NCBI GenBank assembly: GCA_045565315.1
Contig: JBJLFO010000001.1
Location: forward strand, 209,542 to 273,541
DNA from: Alphaproteobacteria bacterium
Lineage (GTDB): Bacteria > Pseudomonadota > Alphaproteobacteria > Rhizobiales > TMED25
Length of the DNA: 64,000 bases
Direction: 5' to 3'
Shown here: in pieces, positions 1 to 13,200 of the stretch
Layout of the letters: the number at the start of each line of letters is the position of its first letter
Position numbering within the stretch: position 1 is the stretch's first letter
Notes under the pieces: generated by a model
The model's database searches: none
Told to the model about the DNA's origin: nothing
Seen by the model: the letters and a program-made list of their open reading frames with translations, nothing else
Position numbers and translations under genes: made by a program

Positions 1-334
1 TGACACCTTTTGAAGTTGATAATATGGACACACCTAAACCATTAAAAACTCGCGGTAACTCAGTTACTGATGAGTATACTCGGCGGCCAGGTTTAGATAC
101 TCTTTCAAGCTTTTTAATAACAGGATCTCCCTCGTGGTATTTTAACTCAATTTCAAACATAGGGAAATGTCCTTCAACTTCAATTCTTGTATAGCCACGA
201 ATATATCCCTCATCCTGCAAAACTAGTAATACATTCTCTCTTAGCTTTGAGGCAGGAGTAAGGACCGATGTCTTATTTCGAAGAAGGGCATTCCTTATTC
301 TTGTTAGCATATCCGCTAATGGATCTGTCATCAT
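1..334 (-). CDS. rpsH: 30S ribosomal protein S8 (partial; C-terminus runs off the left window edge)
   Basis: Not in the ORF track. My minus-strand translation from the ATG at 334 reads [48 protein letters not shown]..., a canonical S8 N-terminus. It lies directly downstream of S14, as in spc operons. Confidence 0.9.
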   Translation of the reverse strand, partial: MMTDPLADMLTRIRNALLRNKTSVLTPASKLRENVLLVLQDEGYIRGYTRIEVEGHFPMFEIELKYHEGDPVIKKLERVSKPGRRVYSSVTELPRVFNGLGVSILSTSKGV

Positions 335-343
335 GTTAATACC

Positions 344-649
344 TCACCAACTTGATTTAATCATACCTGGTATTTGACCTTCAGCAGTTAAGTCTCTAAC
401 AGCTATTCTTGAAACACCAAGTTTCCTATAGTAGCCTCTCGGTCTACCAGTTATTGCGCATCTATTTCTATGTCTTATTGGAGCAGAGTTTCTTGGTAAC
501 TTCGCAAGTTTAACAGTAGCCTGAAATCTTTCCTCCAATGACAATGATTTATTTTTTGAAATTTCTTTCAATTTAGATCTCTTTTCAGCATGTTTTCTGC
601 TCAATTTCAATCTTTTTTCATTTCTCTCTATTATGCTTACTTTTGACAT
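344..649 (-). CDS. rpsN: 30S ribosomal protein S14 (long, 101 aa form)
   Basis: Track ORF. C-terminal [22 protein letters not shown]...W is the S14 signature. Position between L5 and S8. Confidence 0.95.
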   Translation of the reverse strand: MSKVSIIERNEKRLKLSRKHAEKRSKLKEISKNKSLSLEERFQATVKLAKLPRNSAPIRHRNRCAITGRPRGYYRKLGVSRIAVRDLTAEGQIPGMIKSSW

Positions 650-665
650 CTAAACTCCTATATAA

Positions 666-1220
666 TTAATTCCTAAATGGAAAATTAAATCCTGTTAATA
701 ATGCTTTTGCTTCTTCATTAGTATTAGCAGTGGTACAAATAATGATATCCATTCCTCTGATTACATCAACTTTATCATAATTAATCTCTGGAAATACAAT
801 GTGCTCTTTCATTCCCATTGCATAATTTCCATTACCATCAAAACTTTTTGCACTTATTCCTCTAAAATCTCTTACTCGAGGCAGAGCAATTGTAATTAAC
901 CTATCAACAAAATCATACATCCTTGACTTTCTTAGTGTAACTTTTGCTCCAATAACCATTCCTTCACGAAGTTTGAAATTAGCTATTGATTTTTTAGCTT
1001 TCGTAAATACTGGCTTCTGCCCTGCTATCAAACCAAGCGCTTCTATGGCAACATCAGCTTTTTTTGACTCTGCAACAGCATCTCCAAGTCCCATATTTAG
1101 TACAATTTTATCGAGCTTTGGTATTTGCATATCATTCGTATAATTAAATTTTTCTTTTAATTCCTTAACGATTTGTTCTTGATATTGTAATTTCATGTGG
1201 GGGATATATTTATTTGTCAT
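666..1220 (-). CDS. rplE: 50S ribosomal protein L5
   Basis: Track [17 protein letters not shown] and the overall sequence are typical of L5. spc operon order. Confidence 0.95.
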   Translation of the reverse strand: MTNKYIPHMKLQYQEQIVKELKEKFNYTNDMQIPKLDKIVLNMGLGDAVAESKKADVAIEALGLIAGQKPVFTKAKKSIANFKLREGMVIGAKVTLRKSRMYDFVDRLITIALPRVRDFRGISAKSFDGNGNYAMGMKEHIVFPEINYDKVDVIRGMDIIICTTANTNEEAKALLTGFNFPFRN

Positions 1221-1530
1221 CTAATATCTCCTCTGATTTTTTGAGGTATCTAACTTTTACCCCATCTTTTAGAAACTTGAATCCAACCTTTGAAGCCTTT
1301 GAGTCTTTTGGATCAATAATAGCAACATTTGATGCATGTATTTTACCTTCTTTTTCAATAATACCACCCTCTGAAGTTTGAGTTTGCTTCTGGTGCTTCT
1401 TTTTTATACTGACGCCTTGAACTACGAGTTTATTTTCTGTTGGAAAAACAGTTAATACAGTGCCAGTTTTTCCTTTATCCTTGCCCACAAGGACGATTAC
1501 ATTGTCACCTTTTTTTATCTTAGCAGCCAT
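1210..1530 (-). CDS. rplX: 50S ribosomal protein L24
   Basis: Track ORF. KOW motif [18 protein letters not shown]. Lies between L14 and L5. Confidence 0.95.
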   Translation of the reverse strand: MAAKIKKGDNVIVLVGKDKGKTGTVLTVFPTENKLVVQGVSIKKKHQKQTQTSEGGIIEKEGKIHASNVAIIDPKDSKASKVGFKFLKDGVKVRYLKKSEEILDDK

Positions 1531-1532
1531 TA

Positions 1533-1901
1533 CTAAAGTACCTCCGGAGCTAGTGAAATTATTTTCATATGATTCTTTGCTCTTAATTCTCTTGTTATGG
1601 GTCCAAATATTCGTGTACCTATTGGCTCACCCTGGTTATTAATGAGAACAGCCGCATTACCATCAAACCGAATGGCTGTGCCATCATTCCTTAAAATACC
1701 TTTGGCAGTCCTTACTATTACAGCTTTTAAAACATCCCCCTTTTTTACCCGACCCCTTGGGATTGCTTCCTTTACTGTTACAACTATAGTATCACCAATT
1801 TGCGCAGTCTTTCTTTTTGAACCACCCAATACCTTTATACACTGAACACGTTTAGCCCCAGAGTTATCAGCCACACTTAGATTTGATTGCATTTGGATCA
1901 T
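1533..1901 (-). CDS. rplN: 50S ribosomal protein L14
   Basis: Track [20 protein letters not shown]... is the canonical L14 N-terminus; 122 aa. Confidence 0.97.
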   Translation of the reverse strand: MIQMQSNLSVADNSGAKRVQCIKVLGGSKRKTAQIGDTIVVTVKEAIPRGRVKKGDVLKAVIVRTAKGILRNDGTAIRFDGNAAVLINNQGEPIGTRIFGPITRELRAKNHMKIISLAPEVL

Positions 1902-1923
1902 TTGTAAATTTTCCTTCTAAACC

Positions 1924-2148
1924 TTATAATACTATCCATTTTTTTAATTTAGAGTATGGTTTTGACTCTTGAATTCTAACCTCATCTCCAATCTCATGCT
2001 TATTATTTTCATCATGTGCATGATATCTTTTTGATCTTCTAACTGTTTTTTTTAATAATGGATCTATAAATCTTCTCTCAACACGTACGACAATGGTTTT
2101 ATCAAGAGTATTATTTTCCACAACACCTGAGAGTATTCTCTTTGGCAT
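1924..2148 (-). CDS. rpsQ: 30S ribosomal protein S17
   Basis: Track ORF with S17-like sequence ([20 protein letters not shown]...). Operon position after L29. Confidence 0.93.
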   Translation of the reverse strand: MPKRILSGVVENNTLDKTIVVRVERRFIDPLLKKTVRRSKRYHAHDENNKHEIGDEVRIQESKPYSKLKKWIVL

Positions 2149-2351
2149 TATTTTTTCTCCTCTAGTTTACTTTTTTCACTATATATTGTTTTTAACTTTG
2201 CAATTGTCCTTCTAACTTCTCTGACCCTCGCGGTATTTTCAAGTTGTCCACTTGTTCTTTGAAACCTGAGGTTCAATTGTTCTTTTTTATATCTTATGAG
2301 GGAGTCGTTTATTTGATCCAACGTTAGCTCTCTTATTTCCAGTGCTTTCAT
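2148..2351 (-). CDS. rpmC: 50S ribosomal protein L29
   Basis: Track ORF of 67 aa with L29-like sequence (ELRELT...LRFQ). Lies between L16 and S17. Confidence 0.9.
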   Translation of the reverse strand: MKALEIRELTLDQINDSLIRYKKEQLNLRFQRTSGQLENTARVREVRRTIAKLKTIYSEKSKLEEKK

Positions 2352-2363
2352 TATTTTATATTC

Positions 2364-2783
2364 CTAATTTAAGTCTGTTATTCGTGATACAATTTTGCAT
2401 TTTACTGGCAATTTTGCAGCTGCTAACGACAAGGCTTCTCTTGCTACCTCAATTGACACACCATCAATCTCAAACATTACTCTGCCTGGCTTAACCTTTG
2501 CAGCCCAGTATTCAACGGAACCCTTACCTTTACCCATTCGAACTTCTGTTGGTTTTTTTGACACAGGAACATCGGGAAATATCCTAATCCAAACCCTTCC
2601 AGCTCTTTTCATATGCCGTGTCATTGCCCTACGTGCAGCTTCTATTTGTCTTGCTGTAACTCTCGAAGGCTCCAATGATTTTAGACCATAAGAACCAAAA
2701 TTTAGTGCAAAACCACCCTTTGCATTTCCACTAATTCTTCCTTTATGCATTTTTCTGAACTTTGTTTTTTTTGGCTGTAACAT
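2364..2783 (-). CDS. rplP: 50S ribosomal protein L16
   Basis: Track [20 protein letters not shown]-terminus is typical of L16. Confidence 0.97.
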   Translation of the reverse strand: MLQPKKTKFRKMHKGRISGNAKGGFALNFGSYGLKSLEPSRVTARQIEAARRAMTRHMKRAGRVWIRIFPDVPVSKKPTEVRMGKGKGSVEYWAAKVKPGRVMFEIDGVSIEVAREALSLAAAKLPVKCKIVSRITDLN

Positions 2784-2792
2784 TATTCAATC

Positions 2793-3500
2793 CTAACTTT
2801 GTTCGGGTCTTGCTGATGAACGATTTGTATCTTGACTTCCTGTAATACTTTTTTCTTGTGCCATTGGATCATGCTCTAGAATTTCACCTTTAAAAATCCA
2901 GACTTTTATACCAATAGCTCCATATGTTGTTTGTGCAGTAGCAAAACCATAATCAACATTTGCTCTTAAAGTGTGTAACGGCACCCTACCCTCTCTATAC
3001 CATTCAGTCCTTGCTATTTCAGCTCCACCAAGCCTACCACCACAATTTATTCTAATTCCTCCAGCTCCCATCCTTAGTGCTGTCTGCACTGAACGCTTCA
3101 TAGCACGTCTAAATGCAACTCTTCTCTCAAGTTGTTGTGCTATCGACTCTGCAACAAGAGTGGCATCAATCTCAGGCTTCCTGACTTCAAGTATATTAAT
3201 GGCAACCTCTGTATTTGTAATTTTCTGTATTTTTGTTTTTATCAGTTCAATATCAGAGCCTTTTTTACCAATTAATATACCAGGTCTTGCAGAATATATG
3301 GTAACTGCACACTTCTTATGCGGACGTTCAATAACGATTTTTGATATTGCAGCAGCGGATTTTAAACCATTAACCAGTGATCTGATCTTACGGTCTTCCA
3401 TCAAGAGTTTCGGGTATTCATTTTTTTCAGCGAACCAACGTGAGTCCCAAGTTCTATTAATTCCCAACCTCAATGCTACTGGTGATACTTTTTGTCCCAT
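2793..3500 (-). CDS. rpsC: 30S ribosomal protein S3
   Basis: Track [16 protein letters not shown]... KH-domain protein of 235 aa. Confidence 0.97.
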   Translation of the reverse strand: MGQKVSPVALRLGINRTWDSRWFAEKNEYPKLLMEDRKIRSLVNGLKSAAAISKIVIERPHKKCAVTIYSARPGILIGKKGSDIELIKTKIQKITNTEVAINILEVRKPEIDATLVAESIAQQLERRVAFRRAMKRSVQTALRMGAGGIRINCGGRLGGAEIARTEWYREGRVPLHTLRANVDYGFATAQTTYGAIGIKVWIFKGEILEHDPMAQEKSITGSQDTNRSSARPEQS

Positions 3501-3871
3501 TATTTGCTTTCCTCATTTTCCAATTGTTTTACGACAACTGTTAATTGACTAAACGGTTTGTGAATCCTACCAACACGACCTCTAGCCCTTGGTTTCCATC
3601 TTTTTAGTACTAGATTTTTACCGACATATGCCTCATTTACATATAATTCATCAATATCTAGGTTATGATTATTCTCTGCATTTGCGATTGCAGATTTTAG
3701 TGTTTTTAATACATCCTGCGCAATTCTCTTCCTTGAAAATTGGAGATCATTTATTGCCTTATCTACTTTCTTTCCGCGTATCATTGATGCTACAAGGTTA
3801 AGCTTTTGTGAACTAACTTTTAAATTTTTTGTTATTGCTTGCGCTGATCCCTCAGGTGCTTTTAATGCCAT
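3500..3871 (-). CDS. rplV: 50S ribosomal protein L22
   Basis: Track ORF with L22-like sequence. Lies between S19 and S3. Confidence 0.93.
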   Translation of the reverse strand: MALKAPEGSAQAITKNLKVSSQKLNLVASMIRGKKVDKAINDLQFSRKRIAQDVLKTLKSAIANAENNHNLDIDELYVNEAYVGKNLVLKRWKPRARGRVGRIHKPFSQLTVVVKQLENEESK

Positions 3872-3873
3872 TA

Positions 3874-4152
3874 TTATTTCCTTTTAGACTTCTTATCTGC
3901 TAGATGACCATAATATGTTCTTGTTGGGGAAAATTCTCCAAACTTTCTGCCAACCATTTCTTCAGTAACAAGAACTGGTATATGCTTTTGGCCATTATGT
4001 ACACCGAATGTTAATCCGACAAACTGTGGAAGAATAGTTGATCTTCTTGACCAAATTTTAATTACATCGTTTCTTCCAGATGCTCGTGCTTTATCGGCTT
4101 TCTTTAATAAATAACCGTCAACAAACGGTCCCTTCCAAACTGAACGTGCCAT
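3874..4152 (-). CDS. rpsS: 30S ribosomal protein S19
   Basis: Track [15 protein letters not shown]... is the canonical S19 start. Confidence 0.97.
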   Translation of the reverse strand: MARSVWKGPFVDGYLLKKADKARASGRNDVIKIWSRRSTILPQFVGLTFGVHNGQKHIPVLVTEEMVGRKFGEFSPTRTYYGHLADKKSKRK

Positions 4153-4161
4153 GTTACTTAA

Positions 4162-5001
4162 TTACCTTTTCTTTTTAAGATGCCTACTTCTGATAATCAA
4201 TCTATCAGAGGATTTATTTTTAATTCTTGTTTTTTTACCTTTTGTTGGCTTGCCCCATGGGGTAACAGGATGCCTACCACCCGAGGTTTTGCCTTCACCC
4301 CCACCGTGAGGATGGTCAATAGGATTCATGGCCACACCCCTCACTGAAGGTCTTTTACCAAGCCATCTTGATCTACCTGCTTTAGCTAATTTAATATTTT
4401 TATTATCTGGATTTGATACTGCACCAATTGTGGCCATACATTCTGAACGAGTCATTCTTTGTTCACCAGAATTTAACCTAAGGATAGAATATGATTGATC
4501 TCTTCCAACTAATTGCACATATGTGCCAGCTGATCTTGCAATTTGACCACCTTTACCTGGTTTAAGCTCAACATTATGTATGATAGTCCCAACAGGTATA
4601 TTAGCAAGTGGAAGAGCATTACCGGGTTTAATATCTGCGTTTGGACCAGACATAATTGTGTCACCAACAGACATTCTTTGCGGTGCAAGGATATATGCTC
4701 TAGTTCCGTCCTCATAAGCCAATAGTGCTATGAAGCCAGATCTGTTTGGGTCGTACTCAATTCTTTCAACTTTTGCAGGCACGTCAAAATGCCCTCTCTT
4801 AAAATCAATAATCCTATATAAACGTTTATGACCACCACCCCGTCTTCTCGCAGTCACTCTACCTTTATTATTACGTCCACCAGATTTTGTAAGACCAATA
4901 GTCAAAGACTTCTCAGGCTTACCATTCCAAAGTTGCGTTCTAGACACCAGTACTAGACCTCTTTGCCCTGGAGTATTTGGTTTATATGATTTTAAAGCCA
5001 T
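4162..5001 (-). CDS. rplB: 50S ribosomal protein L2
   Basis: Track [25 protein letters not shown] and the C-terminal HPHGGGEG motif. Confidence 0.98.
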   Translation of the reverse strand: MALKSYKPNTPGQRGLVLVSRTQLWNGKPEKSLTIGLTKSGGRNNKGRVTARRRGGGHKRLYRIIDFKRGHFDVPAKVERIEYDPNRSGFIALLAYEDGTRAYILAPQRMSVGDTIMSGPNADIKPGNALPLANIPVGTIIHNVELKPGKGGQIARSAGTYVQLVGRDQSYSILRLNSGEQRMTRSECMATIGAVSNPDNKNIKLAKAGRSRWLGKRPSVRGVAMNPIDHPHGGGEGKTSGGRHPVTPWGKPTKGKKTRIKNKSSDRLIIRSRHLKKKR

Positions 5002-5007
5002 ATTTAA

Positions 5008-5307
5008 TTATCCACTTATACCTGTTGTAAAATCAAAGCTTTGCCCCTCTTCAAGTGAGACAATTGCCTTCTTTATATCTGCTCTTTTGCCAAACCTACC
5101 CTTAAACCTTTTTACTTTTCCTTTTCTGATAAGCGTATTAACTGACTTAACTTTAACTTTAAATAAAGTCTCTATTGCTTCTTTAATTTGGGCCTTTGTA
5201 GCTGTTTTTGAAACGTCAAAAATTACTTGGCCATTATCTGATATCAGTGTCGCTTTCTCAGTTATTACCGGATTTCTAATAACATCATATATATCAATTT
5301 CATTCAT
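5008..5307 (-). CDS. rplW: 50S ribosomal protein L23
   Basis: Track ORF with L23-like sequence. Lies between L4 and L2. Confidence 0.92.
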   Translation of the reverse strand: MNEIDIYDVIRNPVITEKATLISDNGQVIFDVSKTATKAQIKEAIETLFKVKVKSVNTLIRKGKVKRFKGRFGKRADIKKAIVSLEEGQSFDFTTGISG

Positions 5308-5923
5308 ATAATCGCCCCTCGATTTCCTTCAATGCCGCCTTCGTTATAAAAAGCTTATCTCTTTTTAGCATATCGTATACATTCATACCTTGAACTGGCA
5401 ATATATCAATTTTAGGAATGTTCATCGAAGCAAGCTCAAAGTTTTTATCAAATTCGCTAGCCTCTATAAATAGAGCAGAGGTAACTTCTAACTTTTGAAG
5501 GTTTTTCACTAAATCTGATGTTTTTGGTTTATCTAACTTTGCCTCACTTAATATCACCAGATTCCCCTCTTGTTGCTTTGTTGATAGTGCATGTCTTAAT
5601 GCAAGTTTCCTAAATTTCTTTGTAAGTTTTATTGAATGATCCCTTGGAGTTGGACCAAAAGCTCTTCCACCGCCTCTGAATTGTGGCACTTTCTTTGATC
5701 CATGACGTGCACCTCCAGTACCTTTTTGCTTATACATTTTTTTTGTTGTAGCTGTAATTTCAGATCTATTTTTAACTTTATGCGTGCCCGACCTCTTTTT
5801 TGCCAGTTGGTACAAAACAGTCCTATGCAGTATATCCTTGCGTGGCTCAAGACAGAATATTTCATCTTTAATAGTAATAGTACCAGACACCTTTGAGGCC
5901 ATATCAATTACGTTTACCTTCAT
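5300..5923 (-). CDS. rplD: 50S ribosomal protein L4
   Basis: Track [14 protein letters not shown]... motif is typical of L4. Confidence 0.95.
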   Translation of the reverse strand: MKVNVIDMASKVSGTITIKDEIFCLEPRKDILHRTVLYQLAKKRSGTHKVKNRSEITATTKKMYKQKGTGGARHGSKKVPQFRGGGRAFGPTPRDHSIKLTKKFRKLALRHALSTKQQEGNLVILSEAKLDKPKTSDLVKNLQKLEVTSALFIEASEFDKNFELASMNIPKIDILPVQGMNVYDMLKRDKLFITKAALKEIEGRLYE

Positions 5924-6816
5924 TTCTTTTCACCATCATTTTCTGGTAACTCTTCATCCTCTTGTGAGTCGGAAGTTGTTTCTTTGCCATCTATTGGATC
6001 TAATTGTGTATCGTTATTAGCCTCTTGATCTTGAACTTCGTTCAAAATCTCAACATTTATATCTTTGCTTTCATTATTTTGATTTGCTTCAGCGGTAATA
6101 ATATCTGCATCTGCATTCTCAGAATCAACTGATGCATCATCTGCGCCAATGAAACTGCCAGGTATTGGTAATTCTAGGTCAGACTGTTTTTTCACTGCAT
6201 CTTTGATGGTAATCCAGCTACCCTTATGCCCTGGAACTGCTCCTTGCACGAATATAAGACCTTTATCATTATCAACTGAATGTATCACTAAATTTTGGAT
6301 GGTTACACGAGCAGCACCCATGTGACCTGCCATTTTCTTTCCTTTAAAAACCTTACCTGGATCCTGACACTGGCCTGTTGATCCATGACTTCTATGACTT
6401 ACTGAAACACCATGCGAAGCTCTTAAACCTGCAAAATTATGTCTTTTCATAGCTCCGGCAAATCCCTTACCTATACTTGTACCTGTTACATCCACTTTTT
6501 GTCCTGGTAAAAAGTGATCTGCTTTCATAAACAGACCAATCTGTATGAATTTATCCTCATCAACCCTGAATTCAACTAACTTTGATTTTGGCTCAACCTT
6601 CGCTTTTGAAAAATGCCCTCTCATTGGTTTTGTAACATTTTTTACTTTTGGATTTCCAGCTCCAATTTGTATTGCAGAGTAACCATCAATTTCTCTCGTT
6701 TTGTGCGAAACAACTTGACAATTAGATATAGCTAAAACGGTAACAGGTATATGCTGCCCCTTCTCTGAGAATATTCTCATCATCCCAAGTTTTTCTGCTA
6801 TTAAACCAACTCTCAT
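5920..6816 (-). CDS. rplC: 50S ribosomal protein L3 with an ~88-aa acidic C-terminal extension
   Basis: Track ORF of 298 aa. The N-terminal ~210 aa are canonical L3 ([16 protein letters not shown]..., [13 protein letters not shown]). The tail from ~residue 211 is Asp/Glu-rich and low in complexity. Confidence 0.95.
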   Translation of the reverse strand: MRVGLIAEKLGMMRIFSEKGQHIPVTVLAISNCQVVSHKTREIDGYSAIQIGAGNPKVKNVTKPMRGHFSKAKVEPKSKLVEFRVDEDKFIQIGLFMKADHFLPGQKVDVTGTSIGKGFAGAMKRHNFAGLRASHGVSVSHRSHGSTGQCQDPGKVFKGKKMAGHMGAARVTIQNLVIHSVDNDKGLIFVQGAVPGHKGSWITIKDAVKKQSDLELPIPGSFIGADDASVDSENADADIITAEANQNNESKDINVEILNEVQDQEANNDTQLDPIDGKETTSDSQEDEELPENDGEKK

Positions 6817-6831
6817 AACAATCCCTATATT

Positions 6832-7140
6832 CTATAATTTTATTTCAACATTAACACCAGCGGAGAGATCTAGCTTCATTAGTGCATCTACTGTTTGTGG
6901 TGTTGGATCGACAATATCTAATAGCCTTTTATATGTTCTTATTTCAAATTGCTCGCGACTTTTTTTATCGATATGCGGTCCACGAAGAACAGTAAACTTT
7001 TCAATCCTTCTAGGCAGAGGAATTGGTCCCCTAATATTTGCCCCAGTTCTTTTTGCAGTACTAACAATTTCAGTAGTTGCACTATCTAACAAGCGATGAT
7101 CATAAGCCTTTAATCGTATTCTAATATTTTGTCCCTGCAT
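6832..7140 (-). CDS. rpsJ: 30S ribosomal protein S10
   Basis: Track [17 protein letters not shown] is the S10 signature. Confidence 0.97.
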   Translation of the reverse strand: MQGQNIRIRLKAYDHRLLDSATTEIVSTAKRTGANIRGPIPLPRRIEKFTVLRGPHIDKKSREQFEIRTYKRLLDIVDPTPQTVDALMKLDLSAGVNVEIKL

Positions 7141-7158
7141 TTTTTATCCTGTAATGTT

Positions 7159-9234
7159 TTATGCGTATTTTGCTATTACTTGATCAGAAACCGCTTGCGG
7201 TACTTGTTCATAGTGATCAAATTGCATAGTAAATTGAGCCCGACCTTGGCTCATTGATCTCAGATGGCTAACATAGCCAAACATATTTGCTAATGGAACT
7301 TGAGATTTAATAACAGTAGAATTTGATCTAGATTCTGTACCTGATATTTGACCTCTACGCGAATTAAGATCACCAATTACATCACCCATATATTCCTCCG
7401 GTGTAACAACCTCGACATCCATGATTGGCTCTAATAACTTTGGTGAGGCAGATTGTGCACCTTCACGAAAAGCAGCCCTTCCAGCAATCTCAAATGCCAT
7501 AACAGAAGAGTCAACATCATGATATGCACCATCGTGAAGTATTACATGTATATCTAATAGAGGAAACCCAGCAAGGATACCATTGTCCAAAACTGATGCT
7601 ATACCTTTTTCGACACCTGGAATATATTCTCTTGGTATGTTACCACCGACAACTTTATTCTCGAAGACAAATCCTGTACCTGGCTCCCCTGGGCTTATTG
7701 TCATTTTAACTCTAGCAAATTGCCCAGCACCACCAGATTGTTTTTTATGGGTATAATCTACATCTGATGGCTTGGTTATTGTTTCCCGATACGCGACTTG
7801 TGGCGCGCCAATATTAGCCTCTACCTTAAACTCTCTCTTCATTCGATCGACAAGTATGTCAAGGTGTAATTCGCCCATACCTTTGATTATTGTTTGCCCA
7901 GATTCATCATCTGATGCCACTCTAAACGAGGGATCTTCTTGGGCTAGCCTTGCAAGTGCTGCTCCCATTTTTTCTTGATCACCTTTTGTCTTTGGCTCAA
8001 CAGCAATTTCAATAACTGGTTCAGGAAATTCCATTCTTTCTAGAACAACAGGATATGAAGGATCACATAACGTATCACCAGTGGTTGTCAATTTTAAACC
8101 AGCCAATGCAACAATATCGCCTGCATATGCTTCTTTGATGTCTTCTCGGGAATTTGAATGCATTAATAACATCCTACCAACCCTCTCTTTCTTATCTTTA
8201 ACAGAATTCAAAAGTTGTGACCCACTTTCTAATTTACCAGAGTAAATTCTACAAAAAGTAAGTGAGCCCACAAATGGGTCATTTGCAACTTTAAATGCAA
8301 GGATTGAAACTTTTTCATTATCAGCTGGTGTGACAAGAATATCTGTCTCAGTTTTTAATTCTATTCCTTTAATTCTCTCTACATCAACAGGTGATGGTAA
8401 ATAATCAATTACACCATCTAAAAGTGGTTGCACTCCTTTATTTTTAAAAGCTGAGCCACAAAAAACGGGGTAAAATGTGTTATCACAGGTCCCTTTTCGT
8501 ATAAGCCGTTTAATCGTTGGTATATCTATATCATCACCTTCGAGATATTTTTCCATCACAACTTCATCTAATTCTACAACTGTCTCTATAAGCATTTCTC
8601 TATATTTTTTTGCCTCATCAAGCATATCCGCAGGAACTTCCTGATAATTAAATTTCGCCCCCAAACTCTCATCTTCCCATATGATTCCTCTCATCTCAAT
8701 GAGATCTACGACACCTTTTAAATTCGACTCTGAACCAATTGGTAGCTGTAATACAAGAGGATTTGCTCCCAATCTCTCGGAGACCATTTCTACAGATCTT
8801 GCAAAGTCCGCCCCAATTTTATCCATTTTATTTACAAAAATCATTCTTGGAACATTATATTTATTTGCTTGTCTCCAAACGGTTTCTGTTTGTGGTTCAA
8901 CACCAGCATTTGCATCAAGTAAAGCAATTGCTCCGTCTAGGACTCTTAATGATCGTTCAACTTCGATTGTGAAATCGACATGACCTGGGGTATCTATAAT
9001 ATTAATTCTTTTATCATTCCAATAAGTCGTAGTTGCGGCGGAGGTTATAGTTATACCCCTTTCCTGCTCTTGCTCCATCCAGTCCATGGTCGCGGCACCA
9101 TCATGAACCTCACCAATTTTATGACTTTTACCAGTATAATATAATATGCGTTCAGTTGTCGTAGTTTTTCCCGCATCAATGTGGGCCATGATACCTATAT
9201 TTCTATAATCTTCTATCGCGTTATTTCTTGCCAT
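7159..9234 (-). CDS. fusA: Elongation factor G
   Basis: Track ORF 7159..9348 trimmed to the internal ATG at 9234 ([31 protein letters not shown]...). The longer form would overlap rpsG and adds non-homologous residues. Confidence 0.96.
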   Translation of the reverse strand: MARNNAIEDYRNIGIMAHIDAGKTTTTERILYYTGKSHKIGEVHDGAATMDWMEQEQERGITITSAATTTYWNDKRINIIDTPGHVDFTIEVERSLRVLDGAIALLDANAGVEPQTETVWRQANKYNVPRMIFVNKMDKIGADFARSVEMVSERLGANPLVLQLPIGSESNLKGVVDLIEMRGIIWEDESLGAKFNYQEVPADMLDEAKKYREMLIETVVELDEVVMEKYLEGDDIDIPTIKRLIRKGTCDNTFYPVFCGSAFKNKGVQPLLDGVIDYLPSPVDVERIKGIELKTETDILVTPADNEKVSILAFKVANDPFVGSLTFCRIYSGKLESGSQLLNSVKDKKERVGRMLLMHSNSREDIKEAYAGDIVALAGLKLTTTGDTLCDPSYPVVLERMEFPEPVIEIAVEPKTKGDQEKMGAALARLAQEDPSFRVASDDESGQTIIKGMGELHLDILVDRMKREFKVEANIGAPQVAYRETITKPSDVDYTHKKQSGGAGQFARVKMTISPGEPGTGFVFENKVVGGNIPREYIPGVEKGIASVLDNGILAGFPLLDIHVILHDGAYHDVDSSVMAFEIAGRAAFREGAQSASPKLLEPIMDVEVVTPEEYMGDVIGDLNSRRGQISGTESRSNSTVIKSQVPLANMFGYVSHLRSMSQGRAQFTMQFDHYEQVPQAVSDQVIAKYA

Positions 9235-9253
9235 TTTATTCCTATATTCCCTT

Positions 9254-9733
<480 letters not shown>

Positions 9734-10105
9734 CTATTTAGGCTTTTTAGCGCCATATTTTGAACGCCTTTGCTTACGATCTTGAACACCTTGCGTATCT
9801 AATACACCTCTTACGACATGGTATCGAACACCCGGCAAATCTTTGACCCTTCCGCCCCTAATTAACACGACTGAGTGTTCTTGAAGATTGTGCCCCTCAC
9901 CTGGTATGTAACTTGTAACCTCAAAACCGTTTGAAAGTCTTACCCTTGCTACTTTTCTGAGAGCTGAATTTGGTTTTTTTGGAGTTGTTGTATAAACTCT
10001 TGTACAAACCCCCCTTTTTTGTGGGCAGGCTTCCATTGCTGGAACTTTATTTCTCTTTACCTGTGGCTTTCTAGGTTTTCGCAATAACTGATTAATAGTA
10101 GGCAT
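9734..10105 (-). CDS. rpsL: 30S ribosomal protein S12
   Basis: Track [16 protein letters not shown]... is the canonical S12 start. Confidence 0.98.
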   Translation of the reverse strand: MPTINQLLRKPRKPQVKRNKVPAMEACPQKRGVCTRVYTTTPKKPNSALRKVARVRLSNGFEVTSYIPGEGHNLQEHSVVLIRGGRVKDLPGVRYHVVRGVLDTQGVQDRKQRRSKYGAKKPK

Positions 10106-10282
10106 TTAAACCAAGATCCTTTCGCTTAATCATTCTTCTTTTTTATTTTATCAATAGCGTTTAAGGCTAACCATACAGCCTATTGAACTAGATGTTCGGA
10201 CAATACTTCTTCAGAAACAACTCGTCAAGTATTATTATCAAAGTAAAAGTAACAATTTTTCTAAAAAAATCTTTCAAAAATA

Positions 10283-13200
10283 TCACTTTTCAAGAGTTGC
10301 ATCTTCAACAATTACAGCACCTGGATCATCTTCTATGACTTCAGGAGCTATTTCGTCAGGAGTATTATCTTTAAGCAATTGCTCGGCTTTCTCTTTCTCT
10401 TGCAAAATTAGGTGATCCCTATGAACAGATACCTGTCTTAATTTACTTATCGCGCTGCCTGTCCCCGCAGGAATCAATCTTCCAACAATGACATTCTCTT
10501 TGAGTCCTTGTAATAAATCTGACTTTCCATTCATAGATGCCTCTGTCAAAACTCTAGTTGTTTCTTGAAATGAAGCTGCTGAAATGAAGCTTCTTGTTTG
10601 AAGAGCAGCTTTTGTAATACCAAGCAGAATTGGACGCGCTACTATTAATTTTTTGCCAGCATCTTGAAGCTGCCCATTAAGTTCTAGTACATCAATTTTA
10701 TCTAATTGTTCACCCGGGAGTAGACTAGAATTACCAGGATCTACAACTTCAACTTTCTTTAGCATTTGGCTAACAATAACTTCAATATGCTTATCATTAA
10801 TTGTGACACCCTGTAATCTATATACATCCTGAATCTCAGTTGTTAGATAGGAAGCAAGTTCCTCTACGCCCTTGATTGCCAAAATATCATGAGGAGCTGG
10901 ATTACCGTCTAAAATGAATTCCCCTTTTTCAATAGTATCTCCATCTTGAACTTCCAGATGGACATTCTTTGGAACCATATATTCAGCTAATTGCTCATTT
11001 TCATCAGCAGGTATAATTCTGATTTTTCTCTTATTTTTAAAATCTGTTCCAAATTCAACAACTCCAGTAACTTCCGCTATTATCGCATGATCTTTCGGTC
11101 TTCGAGCTTCAAATAACTCAGCGACTCTTGGAAGACCACCTGTAATATCTTTTGTTTTTGCACTATCAGTTGGCACTCTTGCCAAAACGTCACCAGCCGA
11201 AACTTCAATATCTTTTTCTACAGATAAAATAGCATTAACAGGAAGAGAGTATCTTCGATTATCTGATTGCTCTTCATTCTTTGTTTTTGGTTTTAAACCA
11301 GCTGAGCTGAGGATAACCGATGGCTGAAGATCATTACCTCTTGAGGAACCCCTCCAATCTATAACTACTCTTTGTGAAATTCCAGTTGACTCGTCGAGTC
11401 TTTCATCAATTGATATCCCATCTACAAGATCTCCAAAATCTACCTTTCCAGCCACGTCAGCCAGAATTGGTCTTGTATAAGGATCCCATGAAGCAAGTCG
11501 TTGACCGCGTTTGATGACATCACCTTCCTTACAGAATAATTGAGCTCCATAAGGAACTTTATTTTGTGATTTTTCAATTCCATTCTCATCAGATATCAAT
11601 ATTACAAGAGATCTTCCTGTAACAACAATTTTTTTATTTGAGTCAGTTGCCATTGATGGGTTTTGTATAGAGACCTTTCCATCATGTGAACTTTCTATAA
11701 ATGACTGATCAACAACCTGAGCAGTACCTCCAATATGGAATGTTCTCATAGTTAATTGTGTACCTGGCTCACCAATTGATTGAGCTGCTAGGACTCCTAC
11801 TGCCTCTCCAACATTCACTGGAGTTCCTCTTGCTAAGTCACGTCCATAGCATTTCCCGCACGTACCAATTTTTGAGTCACAAGTCAAAACTGATCTGACT
11901 TTTACCGCATCCAGATTTTTTTCTTCAATTTCTCTAGCTAAAGACTCGTCAATCATATTTGATTTATCAAATAAAGTTTTTCCAGATACTGGATCAATTA
12001 TATCTTCGGCAAGAAAACGCCCAAGTAACCTTTGCCCGATTGGAACGATCACTTCACCGCCATCCATTACAGTTCTGATTGTTATCCCATTAGAAGTACC
12101 ACAGTCTCTCTCAAGGATAATACAGTCTTGAGCTACATCCACTAATCTTCTTGTAAGATAACCAGAATTTGCAGTTTTGAGTGCAGTATCTGCAAGCCCT
12201 TTTCTTGCTCCGTGGGTTGAATTAAAATATTCTAGAACAGATAGACCTTCTTTGAAATTAGATGTAATAGGAGTTTCAATAATTTCACCTGAAGGTTTAG
12301 CCATCAGACCACGCATACCTGCGAGTTGTTTCATCTGTGCGGGTGATCCTCGGGCACCAGAATGTGCCATCATATAAATTGAGTTTTGATCTTTTTGTTT
12401 TTTACTAGTTTCATCAACCTCTATTATTTGTATTTTTGACATCATTTCATCGGCAACTTTATCTGTGCACTTGGCCCACGCATCAACAACTTTATTATAT
12501 TTTTCACCTTGGGTTATTAAACCATCATTGTATTGATTTTCATATTCCTTAACTAGAAGATTTGTCTCATCTATGAAATTAATTTTGGTTTCAGGTATAA
12601 CCATGTCGTCTTTACCAAATGATATTCCTGCTCTGCACCCGTGATGGAATCCGAGAGCCATAATTTTATCACAAAAAATAACTGTATCTTTCTGTCCTGA
12701 GTGACGATAGACTTCATTAATCATTTTCGATATATCTTTCTTTGTCATCACTTTATTACAAAGGGAATATTTTATATTATGATATTTTGGTAACAATTCA
12801 CCGATAAGTAATCTTCCGGGTGTTGTTTCATGTATTTCTTTTATAATATTACCATCTTCATCTTTTGTTACGAATCGACCTTTAATTTTTGAATGAAGAG
12901 TTATTGTCCTTGCCTCTAAGGCATAATGTATTTCATTCATATTTCCAAAGATCATACCCTCGCCTGGCTCATTTTCTTTTACTAAGGATAAGTAATAGAG
13001 ACCGAGAACCATGTCTTGACTTGGCACAATAATTGGAGAGCCGTCTGCTGGATGGAGAATATTATTGGTTGACATCATTAGTACCCGAGCTTCAAGTTGA
13101 GCCTCCAAAGATAAAGGTACGTGAACTGCCATCTGATCGCCATCAAAATCTGCATTAAATGCTGAACAAACTAGTGGGTGTAAATGAATCGCTTTTCCTT

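Noticed and set aside
2971-3552. 193-aa plus-strand ORF antisense to rpsC/rplV, and many similar 60-130 aa antisense ORFs across the ribosomal/rpoBC block (e.g. 1597..1845, 2395..2691, 8681..8983, 19220..19615)
   Set aside because: They lie entirely inside strongly conserved genes on the other strand. Their Ser/Leu/Ile/Phe-rich composition is low in complexity, as expected from reading AT-rich genes backwards, and they show no start context or homology.
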